From NCBI GenBank assembly GCA_002189035.1, contig NEEC01000144.1:1-64000 (forward strand): a stretch of DNA of 64,000 nucleotides. The letters run 5' to 3'. This DNA comes from Utricularia gibba (taxonomy: Eukaryota; Plantae; Magnoliophyta). The notes beneath the pieces are model-generated. The model was not told the DNA's origin. It saw only the letters and a program-made list of their open reading frames with translations, and did no database searches. Made by a program: the position numbers and the translations under genes. Positions 26,301 to 40,430 of this stretch are shown here, piece by piece (position 1 is the stretch's first letter; each line of letters begins with the position of its first letter).

Positions 26301-28743
26301 TTTGAGGAGGCGCTCTCGAGGGGCACTAGGATCTGGCCGGAGGTCGGTCGAACTCGGGCCCATAGTCATTTGTAGCCCGGCAAAAAAAGTGATCCATTTA
26401 TTAACGTTGGGTTTTCGGCAGCTGCCTACATGGTTTCTGAAGGAAAAGCTTGTCGTTTTTGGGTGGGTGCTTTGTTGGAAGTTCATCCGGACCCAAGGTT
26501 CTGTTCGACTCCTGAGCCCAATCGGGTCCTATTCGACGAAAATCGTGATGCATTTTGAAGTTAGGATGTCATGAGCACCCCAAATGGTTTTCTGTCCACA
26601 AGCTTTATATTTGAGGAGGCGCTCTCGAGGGCACCAGGATCGGGCCGGAGGTCGGGTCGGGCTCGGCCCATAGTCATTTGTAGCCCGGCAAAAAAAGTGA
26701 TCCATTTATTAACGTTGGGTTTTCGGCAGCTGCCTACATGGTTTCTGAAGGAAAAGCTTGTCGTTTTTGGGTGGGTGCTTGTTGGGAACTTCGTCCGGAC
26801 CCAAGGTTCGGTTCGACTCCTGAGCCCAATCGGGTCCTATTCGACGAAAATCGTGATGCATTTTTTGAAGTTAGGATGTCATGAGCACCCCAAATGGTTT
26901 TCTTGTCCACAAGCTTTATATTTGAGGAGGCGCTCTCGAGGGGCACTAGGATCTGGCCGGAGGTCGGGTCGAACTCGGGCCCATAGTCATTTGTAGCCCG
27001 GCAAAAAAAGTGATCCATTTATTAACGTTGGGTTTTCGGCACCTGCCTACATTGTTTCTGAAGGAAAAGCTTGTCGTTTTTGGGTGGGTGCTTGTTGGGA
27101 AGTTCATCCGGACCCAAGGTTCTGTTCGACTCCTGAGCCCAATGGGGTCCTATTCGACGAAAATCGTGATGCATTTTTTTGAAGTTAGGATGTCATGAGC
27201 ACCCCAAATGGTTTTCTTGTCCACAAGCTTTATATTTGAGGAGGCGCTCTCGAGGGGCACCAGGATCGGGCCGGAGGTCAGGTCGGCTCGGCCCATAGTC
27301 ATTTGTAGCCGGCAAAAAATGTGATCCATTTATTAACGTTGGGTTTTCGGCACTGCCTACATGGTTTCTGAAGGAAAAGCTTGTCGTTTTTGGTGGGTGC
27401 TTTGTTCGGAAATTCGTCCGGACCCAAGGTTCGGTTCGACTCCTGAGCCCAATCGGGTCCTATTCGACGAAAATCGTGATGCATTTTTTGAAGTTAGGAT
27501 GTCATGAGCACCCCAAATGGTTTTCTCCACAAGCTTTATATTTGAGGAGGCGCTCTCGAGGGGCACTAGGATCGGGCCGGAGGTCAGGTCGCTCGGGCCC
27601 ATAGTCATTTGTAGCCCGGCAAAAAAAGTGATCCATTTATTAACGTTGGGTTTTCGGCAGCTGCCTACATGGTTTCTGAAGGAAAAGCTTGTCGTTTTTG
27701 GTGGGTGCTTTTGTTCGGAACTTCGTCCGGACCCAAGGTTCGGTTCGACTCCTGAGCCCAATCGGGTCCTATTCGACGAAAATCGTGATGCATTTTTTGA
27801 AGTTAGGATGTCATGAGCACCCCAAATGGTTTTCTCAACCACATGCTTTTTATTTGAGAGGCGCTCTCGAGGGGCACTAGGATCGGGCCGGAGGTCGGTC
27901 GAACTCGGCCCATAGTCATTTGTAGCCCGGCAAAAAAAGTGATCCATTTATTAACGTTGGGTTTTCGGCAGCTGCCTACATGGTTTCTGAAGGAAAAGCT
28001 TGTCGTTTTTGGTGGGTGCTTTGTTGGAACTTCGTCCGGACCAAGGTTCGGTTCGACTCCTGAGCCCAATCGGGTCCTATTCGACGAAAATCGTGATGCA
28101 TTTTTTGAAGTTAGGATGTCATGAGCACCCCAAATGGTTTTCTCAACCACAGCTTTATATTTGAGGAGGCGCTCTCGAGGGGCACTAGGATCGGGCCGGA
28201 GGTCAGTCGCTCGGCCATAGTCATTTGTAGCCCGGCAAAAAAGTGATCCATTTATTAACGTTGGGTTTTCGGCAGCTGCCTACATGGTTTCTGAAGGAAA
28301 AGCTTGTCGTTTTTGGGTGGGTGCTGTTGTTCGGAAATTCGTCCGGACCCAAGGTTCGGTTCGACTCCTGAGCCCAATCGGGTCCTATTCGACGAAAATC
28401 GTGATGCATTTTTGAAGTTAGGATGTCATGAGCACCCCAAATGGTTTTCTCATCCACAAGCTTTATATTTGAGGAGGCGCTCTCGAGGGGCACCAGGATC
28501 GGGCCGGAGGTCGGGTCGGCTCGGGCCCATAGTCATTTGTAGCCCGGCAAAAAAAGTGATCCATTTATTAACGTTGGGTTTTCGGCAGCTGCCTACATGG
28601 TTTCTGAAGGAAAAGCTTGTCGTTTTTGGGTGGGTGCTTTTGTTGGGAACTTCGTCCGGACCCAAGGTTCGGTTCGACTCCTGAGCCCAATGGGGTCCTA
28701 TTCGACGAAAATCGTGATGCATTTTTGAAGTTAGGATGTCATG

Positions 28744-30865
28744 AGCACCCCAAATGGTTTCTTGTCCACAAGCTTTATATTTGAGGAGGCGCTCTCGAGG
28801 GCACTAGGATCGGCCGGAGGTCGGTCGAACTCGGGCCCATAGTCATTTGTAGCCCGGCAAAAAAAGTGATCCATTTATTAACGTTGGGTTTTCGGCAGCT
28901 GCCTACATGGTTTCTGAAGGAAAAGCTTGTCGTTTTTGGGTGGTGCTTTTCATTGGGAACTTCGTTCGGACCAATCCGGTCCTATTCGACGAAAATCGTG
29001 ATGCATTTTTTGAAGTTAGGATGTCATGAGCACCCCAAATGGTTTTCTCATCCACAAGCTTTATATTTGAGGAGGCGCTCTCGAGGGCACCAGGATCGGG
29101 CCGGAGGTCAGGTCGGGCTCGGCCCATAGTCATTTGTAGCCCGGCAAAAAAGTGATCCATTTATTAACGTTGGGTTTTCGGCAGCTGCCTACATGGTTTC
29201 TGAAGGAAAAGCTTGTCGTTTTTGGGTGGGTGCTTTGTTGGGAACTTCGTCCGGACCCAAGGTTCGGTTCGACTCCTGAGCCCAATCGGGTCCTATTCGA
29301 CGAAAATCGTGATGCATTTTTTGAAGTTAGGATGTCATGAGCACCCCAAATGGTTTTCTCAACCACATGCTTTTTATTTGAGGAGGCGCTCTCGAGGGGC
29401 ACTAGGATCTGGCCGGAGGTCGGGTCGAACTCGGGCCCATAGTCATTTGTAGCCCGGCAAAAAAAGTGATCCATTTATTAACGTTGGTTTTCGGCAGCTG
29501 CCTACATGGTTTCTGAAGGAAAAGCTTGTCGTTTTTGGGTGGGTGCTGTTGTTCGGAACTTCGTCCGGACCCAAGGTTCGGTTCGACTCCTGAGCCCAAT
29601 CGGGTCCTATTCGACGAAAATCGTGATGCATTTTTTGAAGTTAGGATGTCATGAGCACCCCAAATGGTTTTCTCAACCACAAGCTTTTTATTTGAGGAGG
29701 CGCTCTCGAGGGCACTAGGATCTGGCCGGAGGTCGGGTCGAACTCGGGCCATAGTCATTTGTAGCCCGGCAAAAAAAGTGATCCATTTATTAACGTTGGG
29801 TTTTCGGCAGCTGCCTACATGGTTTCTGAAGGAAAAGCTTGTCGTTTTTGGTGGGTGCTGTTGTTCGGAAATTCGTCCGGACCCAAGGTTCGGTTCGACT
29901 CCTGAGCCCAATCGGGTCCTATTCGACGAAAATCGTGATGCATTTTTGAAGTTAGGATGTCATGAGCACCCCAAATGGTTTTCTGTCCACAAGCTTTATA
30001 TTTGAGGAGGCGCTCTCGAGGGGCACCAGGATCGGGCCGGAGGTCAGGTCGGGCTCGGGCCCATAGTCATTTGTAGCCCGGCAAAAAAAGTGATCCATTT
30101 ATTAACGTTGGGTTTTCGGCAGCTGCCTACATGGTTTCTGAAGGAAAAGCTTGTCGTTTTTGGGAGGGTGCTTTTGTTGGGAATTCGTCCGGACCCAAGG
30201 TTCGGTTCGACTCCTGAGCCCAATGGGGTCCTATTCGACGAAAATCGTGATGCATTTTTTGAAGTTAGGATGTCATGGACCCCAAATGGTTTTCTTGTCA
30301 CAAGCTTTATATTTGAGGAGGCGCTCTCGAGGGGCACTAGGATCGGCCGGAGGTCGGGTCGAACTCGGCCCATAGTCATTTGTAGCCCGGCAAAAAAAGT
30401 GATCCATTTATTAACGTTGGGTTTTCGGCAGCTGCCTACATGGTTTCTGAAGGAAAAGCTTGTCGTTTTTGGTTGGGTGCTTTCGGAACTTCGTTCGGAC
30501 CAATCCGGTCCTATTCGACGAAAATCGTGATGCATTTTTGAAGTTAGGATGTCATGAGCACCCCAAATGGTTTTCTCATCCACAAGCTTTATATTTGAGG
30601 AGGCGCTCTCGAGGGGCACTAGGATCGGGCCGGAGGTCAGGTCGGGCTCGGCCCATAGTCATTTGTAGCCCGGCAAAAAGTGATCCATTTTTACGTTGGG
30701 TTTTCGGCAGCTGCCTACATGGTTTCTGAAGGAAAAGCTTGTCGTTTTTGGGTGGGTGCTGTTGTTCGGAACTTCGTCCGACCCAAGGTTCGGTTCGACT
30801 CCTGAGCCCAATCGGGTCCTATTCGACGAAAATCGTGATGCATTTTTTGAAGTTAGGATGTCATG
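28744..30865 (+). repeat. 5-monomer duplication unit containing the deletion monomer
   Basis: Deletion monomers start at about 28744 and 30277 (about 1533 bp apart). Each is preceded by an AATGGGG B-half monomer and followed by a TCATCC A-half. Confidence 0.55.
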
Positions 30866-33800
30866 AGCACCCCAAATGGTTTTCTGTCCACAAGCTTTAT
30901 ATTTGAGGAGGCGCTCTCGAGGGGCACTAGGATCTGGCCGGAGGTCGGGTCGAACTCGGGCCCATAGTCATTTGTAGCCCGGCAAAAAAAGTGATCCATT
31001 TATTAACGTTGGGTTTTCGGCACCTGCCTACATGGTTTCTGAAGAAAAGCTTGTCGTTTTTGGGTGGGTGCTTTCGTTGGGAATTCATCCGGACCCAAGG
31101 TTCTGTTCGACTCCTGAGCCCAATGGGGTCCTATTCGACGAAAATCGTGATGCATTTTTTGAAGTTAGGATGTCATGAGCACCCCAAATGGTTTTCTTGT
31201 CCACAAGCTTTATATTTGAGGAGGCGCTCTCGAGGGGCACAGGATCGGGCCGGAGGTCGGTCGGGCTCGGGCCCATAGTCATTTGTAGCCCGGCAAAAAA
31301 AAGTGATCCATTTATTAACGTTGGGTTTTCGGCACCTGCCTACATGGTTTCTGAAGGAAAAGCTTGTCGTTTTTGGGTGGGTGCTTTGTTGGGAATTCGT
31401 CCGGACCCAAGGTTCGGTTCGACTCCTGAGCCCAATGGGGTCCTATTCGACGAAAATCGTGATGCATTTTTTGAAGTTAGGATGTCATGAGCACCCCAAA
31501 TGGTTTTCTTGTCCACAAGCTTTATTTTGAGGAGGCGCTCTCGAGGGGCACTAGGATCTGGCCGGAGGTCGGGTCGCTCGGCCCCATAGTCATTTGTAGC
31601 CCGGCAAAAAAAGTGATCCATTTATTAACGTTGGGTTTTCGGCAGCTGCCTACATGGTTTCTGAAGGAAAAGCTTGTCGTTTTTGGGTGGGTGCTTTGTT
31701 GGGAATTCGTCCGGACCCAAGGTTCGGTTCGACTCCTGAGCCCAATGGGGTCCTATTCGACGAAAATCGTGATGCATTTTTGAAGTTAGGATGTCATGAG
31801 CACCCCAAATGGTTTTCTTGTCCACAAGCTTTATATTTGAGGAGGCGCTCTCGAGGGGCACCAGGATCGGGCCGGAGGTCAGGTCGGGCTCGGCCCATAG
31901 TCATTTGTAGCCGGCAAAAAAAGTGATCCATTTATTAACGTTGGGTTTTCGGCACTGCCTACATGGTTTCTGAAGGAAAAGCTTGTCGTTTTTGGGTGGG
32001 TGCTGTTGTTCGGAACTTCGTCCGGACCCAAGGTTCGGTTTCGACTCCTGAGCCCAATCGGGTCCTATTCGACGAAAATCGTGATGCATTTTTTGAAGTT
32101 AGGATGTCATGAGCACCCCAAATGGTTTTCTCAACCACAGCTTTTTATTTGAGGAGGCGCTCTCGAGGGGCACTAGGATCGGGCCGGAGGTCGGGTCGCT
32201 CGGGCCCATAGTCATTTGTAGCCCGGCAAAAAAAGTGATCCATTTATTAACGTTGGGTTTTCGGCAGCTGCCTACATGGTTTCTGAAGGAAAAGCTTGTC
32301 GTTTTTGGGTGGGTGCTTGTTCGGAACTTCGTCCGGACCCAAGGTTCGGTTCGACTCCTGAGCCCAATCGGGTCCTATTCGACGAAAATCGTGATGCATT
32401 TTTTGAAGTTAGGATGTCATGAGCACCCCAAATGGTTTTCTCAACCACAGCTTTTTATTTGAGGAGGCGCTCTCGAGGGGCACTAGGATCTGGCCGGAGG
32501 TCAGGTCGCTCGGGCCCATAGTCATTTGTAGCCCGGCAAAAAAAGTGATCCATTTATTAACGTTGGGTTTTCGGCAGCTGCCTACATGGTTTCTGAAGGA
32601 AAAGCTTGTCGTTTTTTGGTGGGTGCTGTTGTTCGGAAAATTCGTCCGGACCCAAGGTTCGGTTCGACTCCTGAGCCCAATCGGGTCCTATTCGACGAAA
32701 ATCGTGATGCATTTTTGAAGTTAGGATGTCATGAGCACCCCAAATGGTTTTCTGTCCACAAGCTTTATATTTGAGGAGGCGCTCTCGAGGGGCACCAGGA
32801 TCGGGCCGGAGGTCGGGTCGGGCTCGGGCCCATAGTCATTTGTAGCCCGGCAAAAAAAGTGATCCATTTATTAACGTTGGGTTTTCGGCAGCTGCCTACA
32901 TTGTTTCTGAAGGAAAAGCTTGTCGTTTTTGGGTGGGTGCTTCGTTGGGAACTTCGTCCGGACCCAAGGTTCGGTTCGACTCCTGAGCCAATGGGTCCTA
33001 TTCGACGAAAATCGTGATGCATTTTTGAAGTTAGGATGTCATGAGCACCCCAAATGGTTTTCTGTCCACAAGCTTTATATTTGAGGAGGCGCTCTCGAGG
33101 GGCACAGGATCGGGCGGAGGTCAGGTCGGCTCGGCCCATAGTCATTTGTAGCCCGGCAAAAAAAGTGATCCATTTATTAACGTTGGGTTTTCGGCAGCTG
33201 CCTACATGGTTTCTGAAGGAAAAGCTTGTCGTTTTTGGGTGGGTGCTTTTGTTGGGAACTTCGTCCGGACCAAGGTTCGGTTCGACTCCTGAGCCCAATG
33301 GGGTCCTATTCGACGAAAATCGTGATGCATTTTTTGAAGTTAGGATGTCATGAGCACCCCAAATGGTTTTCTTGTCCACAAGCTTTTATTTGAGGAGCGC
33401 TCTCGAGGGGCACCAGGATCGGGCCGGAGGTCAGGTCGGCTCGGGCCCATAGTCATTTGTAGCCCGGCAAAAAAAGTGATCCATTTTTAACGTTGGGTTT
33501 TCGGCAGCTGCCTACATGGTTTCTGAAGGAAAAGCTTGTCGTTTTTGGGTGGGTGCTTTGTTGGGAACTTCGTCCGGACCCAAGGTTCGGTTCGACTCCT
33601 GAGCCCAATGGGGTCCTATTCGACGAAAATCGTGATGCATTTTTTGAAGTTAGGATGTCATGAGCACCCCAAATGGTTTTCTTGTCCACAAGCTTTATAT
33701 TTGAGGAGGCGCTCTCGAGGGGCACTAGGATCTGGCCGGAGGTCGGGTCGAACTCGGGCCCATAGTCATTTGTAGCCCGGCAAAAAAAGTGATCCATTTA

Positions 33801-36800
33801 TTAACGTTGGGTTTTCGGCACCTGCCTACATGTTTCTGAAGGAAAAGCTTGTCGTTTTTGGGTGGGTGCTTTCGTTGGGAAGTTCATCCGGACCCAAGGT
33901 TCTGTTCGACTCCTGAGCCCAATGGGGTCCTATTCGACGAAAATCGTGATGCATTTTTTGAAGTTAGGATGTCATGAGCACCCCAAATGGTTTTCTTGTC
34001 CACAAGCTTTATATTTGGAGGCGCTCTCGAGGGGCACTAGGATCTGGCCGGGAGGTCGGGTCGAACTCGGCCCATAGTCATTTGTAGCCCGGCAAAAAAA
34101 AAGTGATCCATTTATTAACGTTGGGTTTTCGGCACCTGCCTACATGTTTCTGAAGGAAAAGCTTGTCGTTTTTGGGTGGGTGCTTTCGTTGGGAAGTTCA
34201 TCCGGACCCAAGGTTCTGTTCGACTCCTGAGCCCAATGGGGTCCTATTCGACGAAAATCGTGATGCATTTTTTGAAGTTAGGATGTCATGAGCACCCCAA
34301 ATGGTTTTCTTGTCCACAAGCTTTATATTTGAGGAGGCGCTCTCGAGGGGCACCAGGATCGGGCCGGAGGGGTTTCGGCCCATAGTCATTTGTAGCCCGG
34401 CAAAAAATGTGATCCATTTATTAACGTTGGGTTTTCGGCAGCTGCCTACATGGTTTCTGAAGGAAAAGCTTGTCGTTTTTGGGTGGGTGCTTTGTTGGGA
34501 ACTTCGTCCGGACCCAAGGTTCGGTTCGACTCCTGAGCCCAATCGGGTCCTATTCGACGAAAATCGTGATGCATTTTTTGAAGTTAGGATGTCATGAGCA
34601 CCCCAAATGGTTTTCTGTCCACAAGCTTTATATTTGAGGAGGCGCTCTCGAGGGGCACCAGGATCGGGCCGGAGGTCAGGTCGGGCTCGGCCCCATAGTC
34701 ATTTGTAGCCGGCAAAAAATGTGATCCATTTATTAACGTTGGGTTTTCGGCAGCTGCCTACATGGTTTCTGAAGGAAAAGCTTGTCGTTTTTGGGGTGCT
34801 GTTGTTCGGAACTTCGTCCGGACCCAAGGTTCGGTTCGACTCCTGAGCCCAATCGGGTCCTATTCGACGAAAATCGTGATGCATTTTTGAAGTTAGGATG
34901 TCATGAGCACCCCAAATGGTTTTCTCCCACAGCTTTTTATTTGAGGAGGCGCTCTCGAGGGCACTAGGATCGGCCGGAGGTCGGGTCGAACTCGGGCCCA
35001 TAGTCATTTGTAGCCCGGCAAAAAAAGTGATCCATTTATTAACGTTGGGTTTTCGGCAGCTGCCTACATGGTTTCTGAAGGAAAAGCTTGTCGTTTTTGG
35101 GTGGGTGCTGTTGTTCGGAACTTCGTCCGGACCCAAGGTTCGGTTCGACTCCTGAGCCCAATCGGGTCCTATTCGACGAAAATCGTGATGCATTTTTTGA
35201 AGTTAGGATGTCATGAGCACCCCAAATGGTTTTCTCACCACAAGCTTTATATTTGAGGAGGCGCTCTCGAGGGGCACTAGGATCGGGCCGGAGGTCGGTC
35301 GAACTCGGGCCCATAGTCATTTGTAGCCCGGCAAAAAAGTGATCCATTTATTAACGTTGGGTTTTCGGCAGCTGCCTACATGGTTTCTGAAGGAAAAGCT
35401 TGTCGTTTTTTGGTGGGTGCTTGTTCGGAAATTCGTCCGGACCCAAGGTTCGGTTCGACTCCTGAGCCCAATCGGGTCCTATTCGACGAAAATCGTGATG
35501 CATTTTTTGAAGTTAGGATGTCATGAGCACCCCAAATGGTTTTCTGTCCACAAGCTTTATATTTTGAGGAGGCGCTCTCGAGGGGCACCAGGATCGGGCC
35601 GGAGGTCGGGTCGGCTCGGGCCCATAGTCATTTGTAGCCCGGCAAAAAAGTGATCCATTTATTAACGTTGGGTTTTCGGCAGCTGCCTACATGGTTTCTG
35701 AAGGAAAAGCTTGTCGTTTTTGGGTGGGTGCTTCGTTGGGAACTTCGTCCGGACCCAAGGTTCGGTTCGACTCCTGAGCCAATCGGGTCCTATTCGACGA
35801 AAATCGTGATGCATTTTTGAAGTTAGGATGTCATGAGCACCCCAAATGGTTTTCTCATCCACAAGCTTTATATTTGAGGAGGCGCTCTCGAGGGCACAGG
35901 ATCGGGCCGGAGGTCAGGTCGGGGGCCCATAGTCATTTGTAGCCCGGCAAAAAAAGTGATCCATTTATTAACGTTGGGTTTTCGGCAGCTGCCTACATGG
36001 TTTCTGAAGGAAAAGCTTGTCGTTTTTGGGTGGGTGCTTTTGTTGGGAACTTCGTCCGGACCCAAGGTTCGGTTCGACTCCTGAGCCCAATGGGGTCCTA
36101 TTCGACGAAAATCGTGATGCATTTTTTGAAGTTAGGATGTCATGGCACCCCAAATGGTTTTCTTGTCCACAAGCTTTATATTTGAGGAGGCGCTCTCGAG
36201 GGGCACTAGGATCTGGCCGGAGGTCGGGTCGAACTCGGGCCCATAGTCATTTGTAGCCCGGCAAAAAAAAGTGATCCATTTATTAACGTTGGGTTTTCGG
36301 CAGCTGCCTACATGGTTTCTGAAGGAAAAGCTTGTCGTTTTTGGGTGGGTGCTTTCGTTGGGAACTTCGTTCGGACCAATCGGGTCCTATTCGACGAAAA
36401 TCGTGATGCATTTTTGAAGTTAGGATGTCATGAGCACCCCAAATGGTTTTCTCATCCACAAGCTTTATATTTGAGGAGGCGCTCTCGAGGGCACTAGGAT
36501 CGGGCCGGAGGTCGGGTCGGGCTCGGCCCATAGTCATTTGTAGCCCGGCAAAAAAAGTGATCCATTTATTAACGTTGGGTTTTCGGCAGCTGCCTACATG
36601 GTTTCTGAAGGAAAAGCTTGTCGTTTTTGGGTGGGTGCTGTTGTTCGGAACTTCGTCCGGACCCAAGGTTCGGTTCGACTCCTGAGCCCAATCGGGTCCT
36701 ATTCGACGAAAATCGTGATGCATTTTTGAAGTTAGGATGTCATGAGCACCCCAAATGGTTTTCTTGTCCACAAGCTTTATATTTGAGGAGGCGCTCTCGA

Positions 36801-39800
36801 GGGGCACTAGGATCGGCCGGGCGGAGGTCGGGTCGCTCGGGCCCATAGTCATTGTAGCCCGGCAAAAAAAGTGATCCATTTATTAACGTTGGGTTTTCGG
36901 CACCTGCCTACATGTTTCTGAAGGAAAAGCTTGTCGTTTTTGGGTGGGGTTTGTTGGAAATTCATCGGACCCAAGGTTCGGTTCGACTCCTGAGCCCAAT
37001 CGGGTCCTATTCGACGAAAATCGTGATGCATTTTTTGAAGTTAGGATGTCATGAGCACCCCAAATGGTTTTCTTGTCCACAAGCTTTATATTTGAGGAGG
37101 CGCTCTCGAGGGGCACTAGGATCGGGCCGGAGGGGTCGGCTCGGCCCATAGTCATTTGTAGCCCGGCAAAAAAAGTGATCCATTTATTAACGTTGGGTTT
37201 TCGGCAGCTGCCTACATGGTTTCTGAAGGAAAAGCTTGTCGTTTTTTGGGTGGGTGCTTTGTTGGAACTTCGTCCGGACCCAAGGTTGTTCGACTCCTGA
37301 GCCAATGGGGTCCTATTCGACGAAAATCGTGATGCATTTTTTGAAGTTAGGATGTCATGAGCACCCCAAATGGTTTTCTTGTCCACAAGCTTTATATTTG
37401 AGGAGGCGCTCTCGAGGGCACTAGGATCTGGCCGGAGGTCGGGTCGAACTCGGGCCCATAGTCATTTGTAGCCCGGCAAAAAAAAGTGATCCATTTATTA
37501 ACGTTGGTTTTCGGCAGCTGCCTACATGGTTTCTGAAGGAAAAGCTTGTCGTTTTTGGGTGGGTGCTTTGTTGGGAATTCATCCGGACCCAAGGTTCTGT
37601 CGACTCCTGAGCCCAATCGGGTCCTATTCGACGAAAATCGTGATGCATTTTTTGAAGTTAGGATGTCATGAGCACCCCAAATGGTTTTCTCAACCACAAG
37701 CTTTATATTTGAGGAGGCGCTCTCGAGGGCACTAGGATCGGGCCGGAGGTCGGGGCTCGGGCCCATAGTCATTTGTAGCCCGGCAAAAAAAGTGATCCAT
37801 TTATTAACGTTGGGTTTTCGGCAGCTGCCTACATGGTTTCTGAAGGAAAAGCTTGTCGTTTTTGGGTGGGTGCTGTTGTTCGGAACTTCGTCCGGACCCA
37901 AGGTTCGGTTCGACTCTTGAGCCCAATCGGGTCCTATTCGACGAAAATCGTGATGCATTTTTTGAAGTTAGGATGTCATGAGCACCCCAAATGGTTTTCT
38001 CAACCACAAGCTTTTATTTGAGGAGGCGCTCTCGAGGGGCACTAGGATCTGGCCGGAGGTCGGTCGAACTCGGGCCCATAGTCATTTAGCCGGAAAAAAA
38101 GTGATCCATTTATTAACGTTGGGTTTTCGGCAGCTGCCTACATGGTTTCTGAAGGAAAAGCTTGTCGTTTTTGGGGGGTGCTTTTGGGTTCGTCCGGACC
38201 CAAGGTTCGGTTCGACTCCTGAGCCCAATCGGGTCCTATTCGACGAAAATCGTGATGCATTTTTTGAAGTTAGGATGTCATGAGCACCCCAAATGGTTTT
38301 CTGTCCACAAGCTTTATATTTGAGGAGGCGCTCTCGAGGGGCACTAGGATCGGGCCGGAGGTCGGGTCGGGCTCGGGCCCATAGTCATTTGTAGCCCGGC
38401 AAAAAAAGTGATCCATTTATTAACGTTGGGTTTCGGCAGCTGCCTACATTGTTTCTGAAGGAAAAGCTTGTCGTTTTTGGGTGGGTGCTTTGTTGGGAAC
38501 TTCGTCCGGACCCAAGGTTCGGTTCGACTCCTGAGCCCAATCGGGTCCTATTCGACGAAAATCGTGATGCATTTTTGAAGTTAGGATGTCATGAGCACCC
38601 CAAATGGTTTTCTGTCCACAAGCTTTATATTTGAGGAGGGCGCTCTCGAGGGGCACCTAGGATCGGGCCGGAGGTCAGGTCGGCTCGGCCCATAGTCATT
38701 TGTAGCCGGCAAAAAAAGTGATCCATTATTAACGTTGGGTTTTCGGCAGCTGCCTACATGGTTTCTGAAGGAAAAGCTTGTCGTTTTTGGGTGGGTGCTT
38801 TTGTTGGGAATTCGTCCGGACCCAAGGTTCGGTTCGACTCTGAGCCCAATGGGGTCCTATTCGACGAAAATCGTGATGCATTTTTGAAGTTAGGATGTCA
38901 TGAGCACCCCAAATGGTTTTCTTGTCCACAAGCTTTATATTTGAGGAGGCGCTCTCGAGGCACTAGGATCTGGCCGGAGGTCGGGTCGCCCATAGTCATT
39001 TGTAGCCCGGCAAAAAAAGTGATCCATTTATTAACGTTGGGTTTTCGGCAGCTGCCTACATGGTTTTGAAGGAAAAGCTTGTCGTTTTTGGTGGGTGCTT
39101 CATTGGGAACTTCGTTCGACCAATCCGGTCCTATTCGACGAAAATCGTGATGCATTTTTGAAGTTAGGATGTCATGAGCACCCCAAATGGTTTTCTCATC
39201 CACAAGCTTTATATTTGAGGAGGCGCTCTCGAGGGCACTAGGATCGGGCCGGAGGTCGGGTCGGGCTCGGGCCCATAGTCATTTGTAGCCCGGCAAAAAA
39301 AGTGATCCATTTATTAACGTTGGGTTTTCGGCAGCTGCCTACATGGTTTCTGAAGGAAAAGCTTGTCGTTTTTGGGTGGGTGCTTTGTTCGGAACTTCGT
39401 CCGGACCCAAGGTTCGGTTCGACTCCTGAGCCCAATCGGGTCCTATTCGACGAAAATCGTGATGCATTTTTTGAAGTTAGGATGTCATGAGCACCCCAAA
39501 TGGTTTTCTTGTCCACAAGCTTTATATTTGAGGAGGCGCTCTCGAGGGGCACTAGGATCGGGCCGGAGGTCGGGTCGAACTCGGGCCCATAGTCATTTGT
39601 AGCCCGGCAAAAAAAAGTGATCCATTTATTAACGTTGGGTTTTCGGCAGCTGCCTACATGGTTTCTGAAGGAAAAGCTTGTCGTTTTTGGGTGGGTGCTT
39701 TGTTGGGAACTTCGTCCGGACCCAAGGTTCGGTTCGACTCCTGAGCCCAATGGGGTCCTATTCGACGAAAATCGTGATGCATTTTTTGAAGTTAGGATGT

Positions 39801-40430
39801 CATGAGCACCCCAAATGGTTTTCTTGTCCACAAGCTTTATATTTGAGGAGGCGCTCTCGAGGGGCACTAGATCTGGCGGAGGTCGGGTCGAACTCGGGCC
39901 CATAGTCATTTGTAGCCCGGCAAAAAAAAGTGATCCATTTATTAACGTTGGGTTTTCGGCAGCTGCCTACATGGTTTCTGAAGGAAAAGCTTGTCGTTTT
40001 TGGGTGGGTGCTTTTCGTTGGGAAGTTCATCCGGACCCAAGGTTCTGTTCGACTCCTGAGCCCAATGGGTCCTATTCGACGAAAATCGTGATGCATTTTT
40101 TGAAGTTAGGATGTCATGAGCACCCCAAATGGTTTTCTTGTCCACAAGCTTTATATTTGAGGAGGCGCTCTCGAGGGGCACCAGGATCGGGCCGGAGGTC
40201 AGGTCGGGCTCGGCCCATAGTCATTTGTAGCCCGGCAAAAAAGTGATCCATTTATTAACGTTGGGTTTTCGGCAGCTGCCTACATGGTTTCTGAAGGAAA
40301 AGCTTGTCGTTTTTGGGTGGGTGCTTTGTTCGGAACTTCGTCCGGACCCAAGGTTCGGTTCGACTCCTGAGCCCAATCGGGTCCTATTCGACGAAAATCG
40401 TGATGCATTTTTTGAAGTTAGGATGTCATG

